Assembly (NCBI GenBank): GCA_043228905.1
Contig: JBHGNT010000010.1
Span: forward strand, 12,648,001-12,712,000
DNA length: 64,000 nucleotides
Direction: 5' to 3'
Origin: Azolla caroliniana
Taxonomy: Eukaryota > Plantae > Polypodiophyta
The number at the start of each line of letters is the position of its first letter. The stretch's first letter is position 1. A model generated the notes under the pieces. That model ran no database searches. It saw only the letters and a list, made by a program, of their open reading frames with translations, and was not told the origin of the DNA. Below are positions 25,472 to 37,698 of this stretch, in pieces. The position numbers were made by a program, and so were the translations under genes.

Positions 25472-26926
25472 TTGGCGCTACAGGATTACACATTCACTTT
25501 GCGCTATCGCCATGGTCCACAAAACATCGTCACCGATGGATTATCCCGCATATCCTTTCAGGCGAACCAGATCACCTCCAACACAATCGATTTCCCCATA
25601 TCCTCGTCCCAAATGGCCAACATGCAACAACACGACAAACAAATCCAAGATATCTGCCACCGCCTACGAGCTGAACCGACATCATCCCTCACCAAGCAAT
25701 TCATGATCCAGGATAATGTCCTACTTTTTTGTCAAGTAGGCAAAGAACCCCGAGTCTACGTGCCTGAGCAACTACGCCAGTCTTACCTTCGTTTCTTCCA
25801 CGATCACCCGTTGTCCGGCCACTTGGGTTTTCATAAGGTGCTCGACAAAATTCGTCGCAAATTCTATTGGCCTGGGCTACGCCACGAGGTCGCCTCCTAC
25901 ATCAAAGCATGCAACTTATGTCAGGCCATCAAATCACCTCAAGTGGCTCAAGGCCTCTTACATCCGATACAAGTTCAAGCTCCATTTGAAATCGTCGGAT
26001 GGGACATTATGGGCCCCTTTCCCGAGTCACAAGGAGGGAACAAATTCATCCTCGTCATCACCGAGTACTTGACGCGTTGGGCTGAGACGGCCGCTATCCC
26101 AGATGCAAAGGCTATGACCATCGCCTCCAAACTATTGGAGAAAATCATCTTCCCCCACGGTTGCCCACTCCAAATCTTGTCCGATCGAGGACCCCAGTTC
26201 AACGGTGAGCTCCTACGCCTCGTTTCAACACAACTAGGAATCCAACAGTTATTCACGTCACCCTACCATCCGCAAACGAATGGGTTGACGGAGCGCCTCA
26301 ATCGAACCTTAAAACAACAAATCTCAGCCTACATCGATCCGCTGCACTCAACCTGGGACCGAATCTTGCCCTTCGTTACGCATGCCTACAACACAACGGT
26401 GCAAGCCTCTACCCGCATTAGCCCATTTCGGGCCCTTTACGGAAGGGACCCGCGCTTACCCCCAGAAGTGGCAGTCCCGCAACCAACCACACAACTCCAC
26501 GCTGACGCAGTGTCTTGGTGGTCCCACCTACAACAACTCCAGCCCCTCCTCTGCAAAGCCATCACGAGCAACCTGCACCAGGCACAACTACGCCAAAAAC
26601 GACAACATGATATAGGCCGTGTCGACCATCAATACCACGTCGGTGACAAAGTCCTCGTCTACTTCCCCATCCGTCGTCGCGGTCTCAGCGAATCGCTCAT
26701 GCACCGATGGATCGGTCCCTTCGAAGTTCAAAAGCAGATACGCGACACTACATACCTGCTCCGCCGCGCCTCCAACAACCGCTCTAACTTTGCTCACCAG
26801 TCTCGCATGAAGCCCTTCCATCAACTACCACCGCCCCCGCCCACACTCATGCCTACGCCCACGCCTGTGTCATCCCCCCGTCTGGAACCGTCGTCCACGC
26901 CTCGTCGCGCTTCGACTGCACAGTAA
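25472..26926 (+). CDS. pol: Gypsy pol C-terminal fragment: RNase H tail plus integrase (H2C2 zinc finger, DDE core, GPF motif); no true start codon
   Basis: GRLLRWVLALQDY...NIVTDGLSR (RH end); HDHPLSGHLG...CNLCQ; WDIMGP, SDRGPQF, YHPQTNGLTERLNRTLK; WIGPFEV. The frame is open without stops; no chromodomain seen. Confidence 0.93.
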   Translation: MALQDYTFTLRYRHGPQNIVTDGLSRISFQANQITSNTIDFPISSSQMANMQQHDKQIQDICHRLRAEPTSSLTKQFMIQDNVLLFCQVGKEPRVYVPEQLRQSYLRFFHDHPLSGHLGFHKVLDKIRRKFYWPGLRHEVASYIKACNLCQAIKSPQVAQGLLHPIQVQAPFEIVGWDIMGPFPESQGGNKFILVITEYLTRWAETAAIPDAKAMTIASKLLEKIIFPHGCPLQILSDRGPQFNGELLRLVSTQLGIQQLFTSPYHPQTNGLTERLNRTLKQQISAYIDPLHSTWDRILPFVTHAYNTTVQASTRISPFRALYGRDPRLPPEVAVPQPTTQLHADAVSWWSHLQQLQPLLCKAITSNLHQAQLRQKRQHDIGRVDHQYHVGDKVLVYFPIRRRGLSESLMHRWIGPFEVQKQIRDTTYLLRRASNNRSNFAHQSRMKPFHQLPPPPPTLMPTPTPVSSPRLEPSSTPRRASTAQ

Positions 26927-26948
26927 CTTTTTTTTTACAAGGGGGAAT

Positions 26949-27190
26949 TGTGGTGGTCACATGGACCACACCTAGATTAGGCCCCTACCAAGCCCCATGC
27001 ACCACACATAGACCACACCCAAATTAGGACCCTACCAAGCCTAATGCACCACACCCAAACTAGGCCCCCACCAAGCCCCATAATTAGTAGAGCTAATTGG
27101 AGCGGGAGAACACCCTCCACGCTAAGAGAGAGTCTATAAAATGTAACTTGAGACATAATGAAAGGAGGCTATTCTTGAGAGCATTTCACA
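26949..27190 (+). repeat. Gypsy 3' LTR (242 bp) with three internal ~40-bp repeats and a TATA-like CTATAAAA
   Basis: Starts TGTGG right after the PPT and ends TCACA, where host-element sequence (atatcctaaactctc) resumes; the motif ccacac...taggcccctaccaagcc occurs three times. Confidence 0.88.
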
Positions 27191-27385
27191 ATATCCTAAA
27201 CTCTCCCTTTTCTTCTTATCCCTCCTTTTACAATATAACCTCATACCAAAGCCTTCCCCTTATCACATCAAAGCCCATAAAATCCTCTTCCTTCTTCTCC
27301 AAATCTTTCCACCCCTTTCAATCACATCCATAAGCACAACCCCACTCCCTATTGTCATTTCTCTAAAGCCACTCCGAAAACTCCC

Positions 27386-27393
27386 TATATAAA
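27386..27393 (+). promoter_or_regulatory. Putative TATA box (TATATAAA) at the interior/right-repeat boundary; also 61823-61830
   Basis: Consensus TATA in a C-rich context, 21 nt before the hammerhead; function untested. Confidence 0.3.
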
Positions 27394-27607
27394 CCTATCC
27401 ACCCCGAATGGTCATGGTAGCACTGATGAGCCCCGTAGGGGGCGAAACTAGTTTGCTCATGACCATTACCCATCGTATTGTAATTTTTCCTTTTTCTTAA
27501 TGAAAATTAGTCTCCTTCTTAATCTCTCCCTCTCTCTAATCTAGACTATTTAGCTTATGGTTATGTTTTAGCTTGTTTCTAATTTTAATGTTAGTGATTA
27601 ATCCCTC

Positions 27608-27670
<63 letters not shown>

Positions 27671-27993
27671 CCCTTCCTCTATCTCTTATTATGCCTCACT
27701 TACACCTAGTTTGTCAAATGATTTGGGTGTGCTCAAATTATTCTTGGTGTTTCTTTTCACTTTATCCCCTCTTGCACTTAATCGTAAACCCTTTTACCCT
27801 CTAAACCCTAAGCCCAAAACAAACACTAAACCCTAATTCTTAAACCCTAACCCTAACCCTAAACCCAAACCAAAACTCAAACCCTAATTCCTAAACCCTA
27901 AACCTTTTCTCTATAACTCTACATCTTACATACTACACCCACCGATTGCCTACCGTCCGCACTCCTTGTTTCGACTTCACGGTCCAATTGAGA
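27391..27993 (+). repeat. Right direct repeat (pseudo-LTR) of element copy 1
   Basis: Near-identical to 22957-23537, differing mainly in (CT)n and telomere-like repeat number. Confidence 0.95.
27407..27467 (+). ncRNA. Type I hammerhead ribozyme
   Basis: Identical to 22973-23033; predicted cut after 27453. Confidence 0.9.
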
Positions 27994-30900
27994 GTGTGGT
28001 AGAATAATCCTAAGCTTTTCGTTGATGCTTGCGCAAAATATAAATATTGTTTATTTCTAATCAATGATTGCAGTATTAAAAAGCACGCAAAATGTGATCC
28101 ATTGTAGTCTAGTTGGTTAGGATACTCGGGTCTCACCCGACAGTCCCGGTTTCCACTCCGGGCAATGGAAACGAAAATGTAAAATATTAAATTTCCGACG
28201 CATATAATGTGTTATCTGTTTGATAACTCAAAAACTCGAGACCTAAAGTAAATGTTACAATAATGTACAATTAACAAAATAATCAATATTATGTTTGAAG
28301 CATTGATGATGAACTTTACTTTGATATTTCCCTCCTAACTTCAATTTGTAAACTTAATCCCATTATTTAATTAATGGTCGAAGTTTCAAATGAAATTGGA
28401 CAAAACATTATGTTGTTCAAGACAACAAGAAACAGTATATTTGGTTGTGGTTATTTGTAAACATTGGTACGACAAATTAGTACACCAACAATTATAGTTT
28501 GGATAACTCGATACAATTTGAAACAATACGCATAGATTGTAGAATAATGGTCAACTGTCGATCAACATTGCACCATGTTTCTTTACTTTTAACAAAGGAA
28601 TAGAATGGTACATTAACTAATTCATTTACTAAATGAATTCCATTGTAATCAAATTTCCTCGGGTCCTTGCTTTTTACCTGAAACGCCCGGGTAGAATTAG
28701 ATATCTGAGATATCATCAGTTAATGTGGAATATATAAAAACCCTTGAAATTATTGAATCTTAAAAATGAGATTGCAAGATTAAAAAGCACAAAAAATGTG
28801 ATCCATTGAAGTCTAGTTGGTTGTGATACTCGGCTCTCACCGGAGAGACCCGGGATCAACTCCCAGCAATGGAAACGATTGGGCATATAGTACACCAACA
28901 ATTATACTTTAGATAACTTGATACAATTTACAAAAATACACATAGATTGTCAAATAATGATGAATTCTCGATGAGCATTACACCATGTTTCTTTATTTGA
29001 AGTAAAGCAGTAGAATATTACATTCACTAATTCATTTACTAAATGAATTCAATTGTAGTCTAGTTGGTTCGGATCCTTGTTTTTTACACAAGACTCCCAG
29101 GTACAACAATTGGAATGGCAAAAACTAGATACATCATAGATCATGAGTTAATATCACATCGATAAAAACCCTCAGTTTCTCGTGGAGGCTTGCGCAATAT
29201 ATAAATATTATTTATTAGTAATCAATCATTACAAAATTAAAAAGTACACTAGATATGATCCATTGTAGTTTAGCTGGTTAAGATACTTGGCTCTCACCTT
29301 AGAGACCAGCAATGGAAACAACAATATCATACATAAAATTCTCGACAGATATTATGTGTTAATTGTTTGATAACTCAAAAACTCAAGCTCCAAAGTATTT
29401 GTTAGAATAATGTACAATTAAGAAAATAATCAAAACTATGTTTGAAGGATTGATGACGAACTTTGCTTTGATATTAAATTAATAGTATAGGTTTCAAATG
29501 AAATTTGACAAAACATGATGTTGTTCGGGACCAGAAGAAGTAGTATATTTAGTCGTGATTATTTGTCAACATGCTTACGACAAATTAGTACACCGACAAT
29601 TATAGTTTGGATAACTTGATAGAATTTCCAAAAATACGTATAGATTGTAGAATAATGGTGAACTCTCGATAAACATTGTACCATATTTCTTTTTTTGAAG
29701 CAAAGCACTTGAATATTAATTAACTAATTCATGTACTAAATGAATTCCATTGTATTCTAGTTGGTTCGTATCCTAGTTTTTCACACGAGACTCCCGGGTA
29801 TAACATTATGTTGTTCGGGACAACAAGAAGCGGTAGATTTTGGTTGTGGTTATTCGTCAAGATTGTTACGATAAACTAGTACACCAACAATTATAGTTTG
29901 GATAACTTGATACAATTTCAAACAATACGCATAGATTGTAAAATAATGGTCAACTATCAACAAGCATTGCACCATGTTTCTTTATTTGTAGCGAAGCACT
30001 AGAGTAGTACATTTACTAGTTCATTTACTTAATAATGGTCAACCCGTGAAATGATTAAATCTTAAAAACGAGAGTGTGTTAGAATAATCCTCTCTTTCTC
30101 GTTGATGCTTGCGCAATATATAAATATCATTTATTTCTAATCAATGATTGAAGTATTAAAAAGCACACTTAGTGTGATCCATTGTAGTCTAGTTGGTTAG
30201 GATACTCGGCCCTCATCCGAGAGAGCCGTGTTCAATTCCCGGTAATGGAAAAGATCATATCATATATTAAATTTTCAACACATATCATGTGTTAACTTTT
30301 TCATAACTCAAAAAGTCAAGACCTAAAGTAGTTGTTCCAATAATGTACAGTTAACAAAATAATGAATATTATGTTTGAAGGATTGACAAAGAACTGAACT
30401 TTAAATTTTTTCTCCTAATATCAATTTCTAAAGTTAATCCCATTATTCGATTAATGGAATAGATTTCAAATCAAATTGGACAAAACAGTATGTTGTTCAA
30501 GACAACAAAAAGAAGTATATTTGGTTGTGGTTGTTAGTCAACATTGGTACGACAAATTAGTACATCAACAATTATAGTTGCGTTAACTCGAAACAATTAT
30601 AGTTGGGAACAACAATAGGCATTGGAAAAACTAGATACATTATATATCATGAGTTAATGTGCCATCGATAAAAACCCGTGAATTTATTAAATCTTAAAAA
30701 CGAGAGTGTGTTAGAATAATCTTCTGTTTCTTGTTGATGCTTGAGCAATATATAAATATTATTTATTACTAATCAATGATTGCATTATTAAAAAGTGTAG
30801 AAGATGTGATCCATTGAAGTCTACTTGGTTAGAATACTCGGTTTCTTGCTTTTTACCTGAGACGCCCGGGTACAACTAGATATATCAGATATCATGAGTG

Positions 30901-31054
30901 AATGTGGCATCGAGAAAAAGCCTTGAAATTATTAAATCTTAAAAACAAGAGTGTGGTAGAATAATCCTCAGTTTTTTGTTGTTGCTTGTGAAAAATATAT
31001 ATATTATTTATATCTAATCAATGATTGCAATATTAATAAGCACGCAAAATGTGA

Positions 31055-31127
31055 TCCATTGTAGTCTAGTTGGTTAGGATACTCGGCTCTCAACCGAGAC
31101 ACCCGGGTTCAACTCCTGGCAATGGAA
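31055..31127 (+). tRNA. trnE-CUC: tRNA-Glu(CTC), cloverleaf intact
   Basis: Acceptor TCCATTG/CAATGGA plus discriminator A; A-box TAGTCTAGTTGG; anticodon stem CTCGG/CCGAG, loop CT-CTC-AA; T-stem CCGGG/CCTGG (one G-U), loop TTCAACT. Matches the plant cytosolic tRNA-Glu type. Expression is unknown. Confidence 0.75.
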
Positions 31128-34100
31128 ACGACAATGTCATATATTAAATTTCCGACGCATATAATGCGTTATCTGTTTGATAACTCAAAAACTCAAGACC
31201 TAAACTAAATGTTACAATTAACAAAATAATCAATATTATGTTTGAAGGATTGATGACGAACTTTACTTTGATATTTCTCTCCTAACATCAATTTCTAAAC
31301 GTAAGCCCATTATTCGATTAATGGTAGAGGTTTCAAATGAAATTTGACAAAACATTATGTTGTTCGAGACAACAAGAAGCTGTATATATGGTTGTGGTTA
31401 TTCGTCAACATTAGTACGAGAAATTAGTACACCAACAATTATAGTTTGGATAACTCGATACAATTTTAAACAATATGCATAGATTGCCGAATAATGGTCA
31501 ACTGTCGATGAGCATTGAACCATGTTTCTTTATTTGTAGCAAAGGACTAGAATAGTACATTAACTAATTTATTTACTAAATGAATTCCATTGTAATCAAG
31601 TTGCCTGGAATCGTTGATTCTTACTCGAAACGCGATAGGAAAAACTAGATACATTATATATCATGAGTTAATGTGGCATCGATAAAAAGCCGTGAAATTA
31701 TTAAAACATAAAAATGACAGTTTGTTAGAACAATCCTTAGTTTTTCATTGATGGTTAAGCAATATATAAATATTATTTATTAGTAATCAATGATTGCAAT
31801 ATTAAAAAGTGTAGAAAATGCGATCCATTGTAGTCTACTTGGCTAGAATACTCGCCTCTCACCAAAGAGACCCGGGTTTAACTCTCGGGAATAGGAAGGA
31901 CAATATCATATATAAAATTTTGTGACGCATGTCATGTCTTAACTGTTTGATAACTCAAAAACTCAAGACGTAAAGTAGTTAGAATAATATACAATTAACA
32001 AAATAATCAATATTATGTTTGAAGGATTGACGACGAACTTTGCTTTGATTTTTTTCTCAAAACATCAATTTCTAAACTTAATCCCATTATTCAATTAATA
32101 GTATAGGTTTCAAATGAGATTTGACAAAACATTATGTTCTTCAGGACAAGAAGAAGCAGTATATTTAGTCGAGGTTATTCCTCAACATTGTTACGACAAA
32201 TTAGTACAGCAACAATTATAGTTTGGATAACTTGATACAATTTTCAAAAATACATAATTGTCGAATAATGGTGTATTCTCGATGAGCATTGCACCATGTT
32301 TCTTTATTTAAAGTAAAGGACTAGAATATTACATTAACCAATTCATTTACTAAATGAATTCCATTTTAGTCTAGTTGGTTCGGATCCTTGTTTTTTACAC
32401 GAGACTCCCTGGTACAACAATTGGCATGGGAAAAACTAGATACATAATAGATCATGAGTTAATATGACATCGATAAAAACCCTTGAAATTATTAAATCTT
32501 AAAAACGAGAGTGTGTTAGAATAATCCTCAGTTTCTCGTTGATATTATTTATTACTAATCAATGATTGCAAAATTAAAAAGTACACAAGACATAATCCAT
32601 TTACTAAATGAATTCCATTTTAGTCTAGTTGGTTCGGATCCTTGTTTTTTACACGAGACTCCTTGGTACAAAATTTGGTATGGGAAAAACTAGATACATC
32701 ATAGATCATGAGTTAATATGACATCGATAAAAACCCTTGAAATTATTAAATCTTAAAAACGAGAGTGTGTTAGAATAATCCTCAGTTTCTTGTTCATATT
32801 ATTTATTACTAATCAATGATTGCAAAATTAAAAAGTACACAAGATATAATCCATTGTAGTCTAGCTGGTTAGTATAATCGGCTTTCACCCGAGAGACCCG
32901 TGTTCAATTCCCGGCAATGGAAATGACAATATCATATATTAAATTTTTGATGCATATCATCTGTTAACTGTTTGATAACACAAAAACTCAAGACCTAAAA
33001 TAGGTGTTCCAATAATGTACAATTAACAAAATAATCAATAAATTGAATTTCTAATCTTACTCCCATTATTTGATTAATGGTAGAGGTTTCACATGAAATT
33101 GGACAAAACATTATGTTGTTCGAGATAACAAAAAGATGTATATTTGGTTGTGGTTGTTCATCAGTATTGGTATGACAAATTAGTACACGAACAATTATAG
33201 TTTGGATAACTCGATACAATTTCAAACAATACGCATAGATTGCAGAATAATGTTCAACTATCGATGAGGATTGCCAAATGAATTCCATTGTAATCAAGTT
33301 TCCTTGAATCGTTGATTCTTACTCGAAACGCGATAGATAAAACTAGATACATTACATATGATGAGTTACTGTGGCATCGATAAAAAGCCGTGAAATTATT
33401 AAATCTTAAAAACGACAGTGTGTTCGAACAATCGTCAGTTTTTAATTGATGCTTAAGCAATATATAAATATTATTTATTACCAATCAATGATTGCAATAT
33501 TAAAAAGTGCACAAGATGTGATCCATTGAAGTCTAGTTGGTTAGAATACTCGGCTCTCACCCGAGATACTCGTCCTCAACTCCTGGCAGTAGAAAGGACA
33601 ATATCATATATATAATTTTGCGACGCATTTCATGTGTTAAGTGTTTGATAACTCAAAAACTCAAGACATAAAGTAGTTAGAATAATGTTCAATTAAAAAA
33701 ATAATCAATATTATGTTTGAAGGATTAATAAAGAACTTTGCTTTGATTTTTCTCTCCTCACATAAATTTCTAAACTTAATCCCATTATTCAATTAATAGT
33801 AGAGGTTTCAAATGAAATTTGACAAAATATTATGTTGTACGCGACAAGAAGAAGCAATATATTTAGTCGTGGTTATTCGTCAACATTGTTACGACAAATT
33901 GGTACACAAACATTTATACTTTGGATAACTTGATAATATTTCCAAAAATATGCATAGATTGTCGAATAATGATGAATTACCGATGAGCATTGCACCATGT
34001 TCCATTATTTGAAGTAAAGCACTAGAATATTACATTCACTAATTCATTTACTAAATGAATTCCATTGTAGTCTAGTTGGTTCGGATCCTTGTTTTTTACA

Positions 34101-37100
34101 CGAGACTCCCGGGTACAACAATAGGCATTGGCAAAACTAGATACATCATAGCTCATAAGGTAATGTTGCGTCGATAAAAACTCTTGAAATTATTAAATCT
34201 TAAAAACGAGAGTGTGTTAGAATAATCCTTAGTTTCTCGTTGTTGCTTGCGCAATATACAAATATTATTTATTCCGAATCAATCATTGCAATCTTAAAAA
34301 GCACACAAGATGTGAACCATTTTAGTCTAGTTGGTTAGGATACGCAGCTCTTACCCGAGAGACCCGGGTTCAACTCCCAACATTGGAAACGACAATATCA
34401 TATATTAAATTTTCGATGCATATCATTAAAAACTCAAGACCTAAGGTAGGTGTTACAATTAACAAAATAATCAATATTATGTTTGAAGTATTGATGATGT
34501 ACTTTACTTTAATTTTTTTCTGCTAATATCAATTTCTAAACTTAATCCCATTATTCGATTAATGGTAGAGGTTTCGAATGAAATTGCACCAAACATTATG
34601 TTGTTCGGGAAAACAAGAAGCAATATATTCAGTTGTGGTTATTCCTCAACATTGTTACGATAAATTACAACACCAACAATTATAGTTTTCATAATTTGAT
34701 ACAATTTCAAAAAATACGCATAGATTGCAAAATACTGTTCAACTGTCAACAAGCATTGCACAATGTTTCTTTATTTGTAGCAAAGCACTAGAATAATAGA
34801 TTTACTAATTCATTTACTCAGTGAATTCCATTGTAATCCAGTTGCCTCGTCTCGTTGATTTTTGCCCGAGTTGCGCAGGTACAAGCACAGGCATAGGCAA
34901 AACTAGATACATCATATATCATGGGTTAATTTGGCATCGATAAAAACCCGTGAAATTATTAAATCTTAAAAACGAGAGTGTGTTAGAATAATCCTCTGTT
35001 TCTCGTTGATGCTTGCGCAATATATAAATATTATTTATTACTAATCAATGATTGCAATATTAAAAAGTGCACAAGATGTGATCCATTGTAGTCTGGTTGG
35101 TTAGAATACTTGGCTCTCAAACGAGAGACCCAGGTTCAACTCCTCGGAATAGATTGCACCAACAATTATAGTTTGGATAACTTGATACAATTTCAAACAA
35201 TACACATAGATTGCAAAATAAAGGTCAACTGTACTAAAGCACTCGAATATTACATTAACTAATTCATTTACTAAATGAATTCCACTATAGTCTACTTGGT
35301 TCAAATCCTTATTTTTTACACGAGACTCCCGGGTACAACAATTGGCATGGGAGAAACTAGATACATCATAGATCATGAGTTAATATCGCATCGATAAAAA
35401 CCCTTGACATTATTAAATCTTAAAAACGAGAGTGTGTTACAATAATCGTCAGTTTCTCATTGATACTTGCGCAATATATAAACATTATTTATTACTAATC
35501 AATGGTTGCAATATTAAAAAGTACACTAGATATGATCCATTGTAGTCTAGTTGGTTAGGATACTTGGCTTTCACCCGAGTGACCCGGGTTTAACTCCCGG
35601 GAATGGAAACGACAATATCATATATAAAGTTTCGGACGTATATCATGTGTTAATGGTTTGATAACTCCAAAATACAAGCTTTAAAGTAGTTGTTAGAATA
35701 ATATAGAATTAACAAAATAATCAATATTATCTTTGAAGGATTGACGACGAACTTTGCTTTGAGTTTTTTCTCAAAACATCAATTTCTAAAAATCCAATTA
35801 TTCAATTAATAGTATAGGTTTCAAATGAGATTTGACAAAACATTATGTTGTTCGGGACAAGAAGAAGCAGTATATTTAGTCATGGTTATTCCTCAACATT
35901 GTTACGATAAATTCGTACACCAAGAATTATAGTTTGGATAACTTGATACAATTTCTAAATATCCACATAGGTTGTCAAATAATGGTGAATTCCCGATGAG
36001 CATTGCACCATGTTTCTTTCCTTGAACGAAAGCACTTGAATATTACATTAACTAATTCATTTACTAAACGAATTCTATTGTACTCTAGTTGGTTTGGATA
36101 GTTGTTTTTTACACGAGACTACCGGCTACAACAATAAGCATTGGAAAAACTAGATACATCATAGATCCTGAGGTAATGTCACATCGATAAAAACCATTCA
36201 AATTATTAAATCTTAAAAACGAGAGTGTGTTAGAATAATCCTCAGTTTCTCTTTGATGCTTGCCCAATATATCAATATTACTTATTACTAATCTATGATT
36301 GCAATATATTTATATACAAGATAGGATCCATTGTAGTCTAGTTGGTTAGGATCCTCGGCTTTGACCCGAGAGACCCATGTTCAACTCCCAGCAATGGAAA
36401 TGACAATATCATATTATAAATCTCCAACGCATATCATGTGTTAACTGTTTAATAACTCAAAAAATCAAGACATAAAGTAGTAGTTGTGTTAACTGTTTGA
36501 TAACTCAAAAACTCAAGACCTAAAAAGTAAAATTAACAAAATAATCAATAACTCAAAAACTCAAGACCTAAAAAGTAAAATTAACAAAATAATCAATATT
36601 ATGTTTGAAGGATTGATGACAAACTTTAGTTTGGTTTTATAGTTTGGATAACTTGATAGAATTTCCAAATATACGCATAGATTGTAGAGTAATGCTGAAC
36701 TCTCGATCAACATTGCACCATAGTTCTTTATTTGAAGAAAAGCACTAGAATATTAAATTAACTAAATGAATACCAATATAATCGAGATGCCTGGAATCGT
36801 TGAGTTAATTTGGCATAGATAAAATCTAGTACAGGTATAGGAAAATCTAGATACATGCTCATGAGTTAATTCGTCATAGATAAAAACCTGTGAACTTATT
36901 AAATCTTAAAAACGAAAGTGTGTTAGAATAATCATCTGCTTCTTGTTTATGCTTGCGCAATATATAAATATTATTTATTACTAATCAATGATTGCAATAT
37001 TAAAAAGTGTACAAGATGTGATGCATTGAAGTTTGGTTGGTTAGATAACTCGGCTCTCACCCGAGAGACTCGGGTTCAACTCCCAACAATGAAAACGACA

Positions 37101-37625
37101 ACATCATATATTAAATTTCCCACGCATATCTTGTGTTAACTGTTTGATAACTCAAAAACTCAAGACCTAAAAAGTAAAATTAACAAAATAATCAATATTA
37201 TGTTTGAAGGATTGATGACAAACTTTAGTTTGGTTTTATAGTTTGGATAACTCGATAGAATTTCCAAACATACGCATAGATTGTAGAGTAATGTTGAACT
37301 CTCGATCAACATTGCACCATAGTTCTTTATTTGAAGAAAAGCACTAGAATATTAAATTAACTAAATGAATTCTATTGTAGTCTGCTTGGTTCGGATCCTT
37401 GTTTTTTACATGAGACTCCCGGGTACAACAATAGGCATTGGAAAAAATAGATACATCATGGATCATTAGGTAATGTCGGATCGATAAAAGCCCTTGAAAT
37501 TATTTAATCTTAAAAATGAGAGTGTGTTAGAATAATCCTCAGTTTCTCGTTGATGCTTGCGCAATATATAAATATTATTTATTACTAATCTATGATTGCA
37601 ATATTAAGAAGTACACAAGATAGGA

Positions 37626-37698
37626 TCCATTGTAGTCTAGTTGGTTAGGATACTTGGCTTTCACCCGAGAGACCCGGGTTCAACTCCCGGCAATGGAA
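37626..37698 (+). tRNA. trnE-UUC: tRNA-Glu(TTC), cloverleaf intact
   Basis: Perfect acceptor and T stems; anticodon stem CTTGG/CCGAG (one U-G), loop CT-TTC-AC; CAA at -10..-8 and an AT-rich upstream region, as in plant tRNA genes. Confidence 0.75.

Larger units (their letters stand above)
25424..27190 (+). mobile_element. Ty3/Gypsy LTR retrotransposon, 5'-deleted (RNase H tail, integrase, PPT, 3' LTR)
   Basis: RH-then-INT domain order; polypurine tract AAGGGGGAA (26939-26947); LTR TGTG...CACA; absent from element copy 2. Confidence 0.93.
22957..27993 (+). mobile_element. Non-autonomous hammerhead-ribozyme retroelement (Penelope-like/retrozyme-like), copy 1, with nested Gypsy fragment
   Basis: Direct repeats 22957-23537 and 27391-27993, each with a hammerhead and telomere-like repeats; pyrimidine-rich non-coding interior; no TG..CA ends, PBS or TSD. 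Family assignment is inference. Confidence 0.75.

Noticed and set aside
26821-26926. Chromodomain at the integrase C-terminus
   Set aside because: The tail after the GPF region is a short Pro/Ser/Thr-rich stretch with no chromodomain aromatic motif.
22957-27993. Reading the whole element as one LTR retrotransposon whose LTRs flank the integrase
   Set aside because: The ~600-bp repeats lack TG..CA, PBS, PPT and TSD. The integrase has its own PPT and 242-bp LTR, and it is absent from copy 2.
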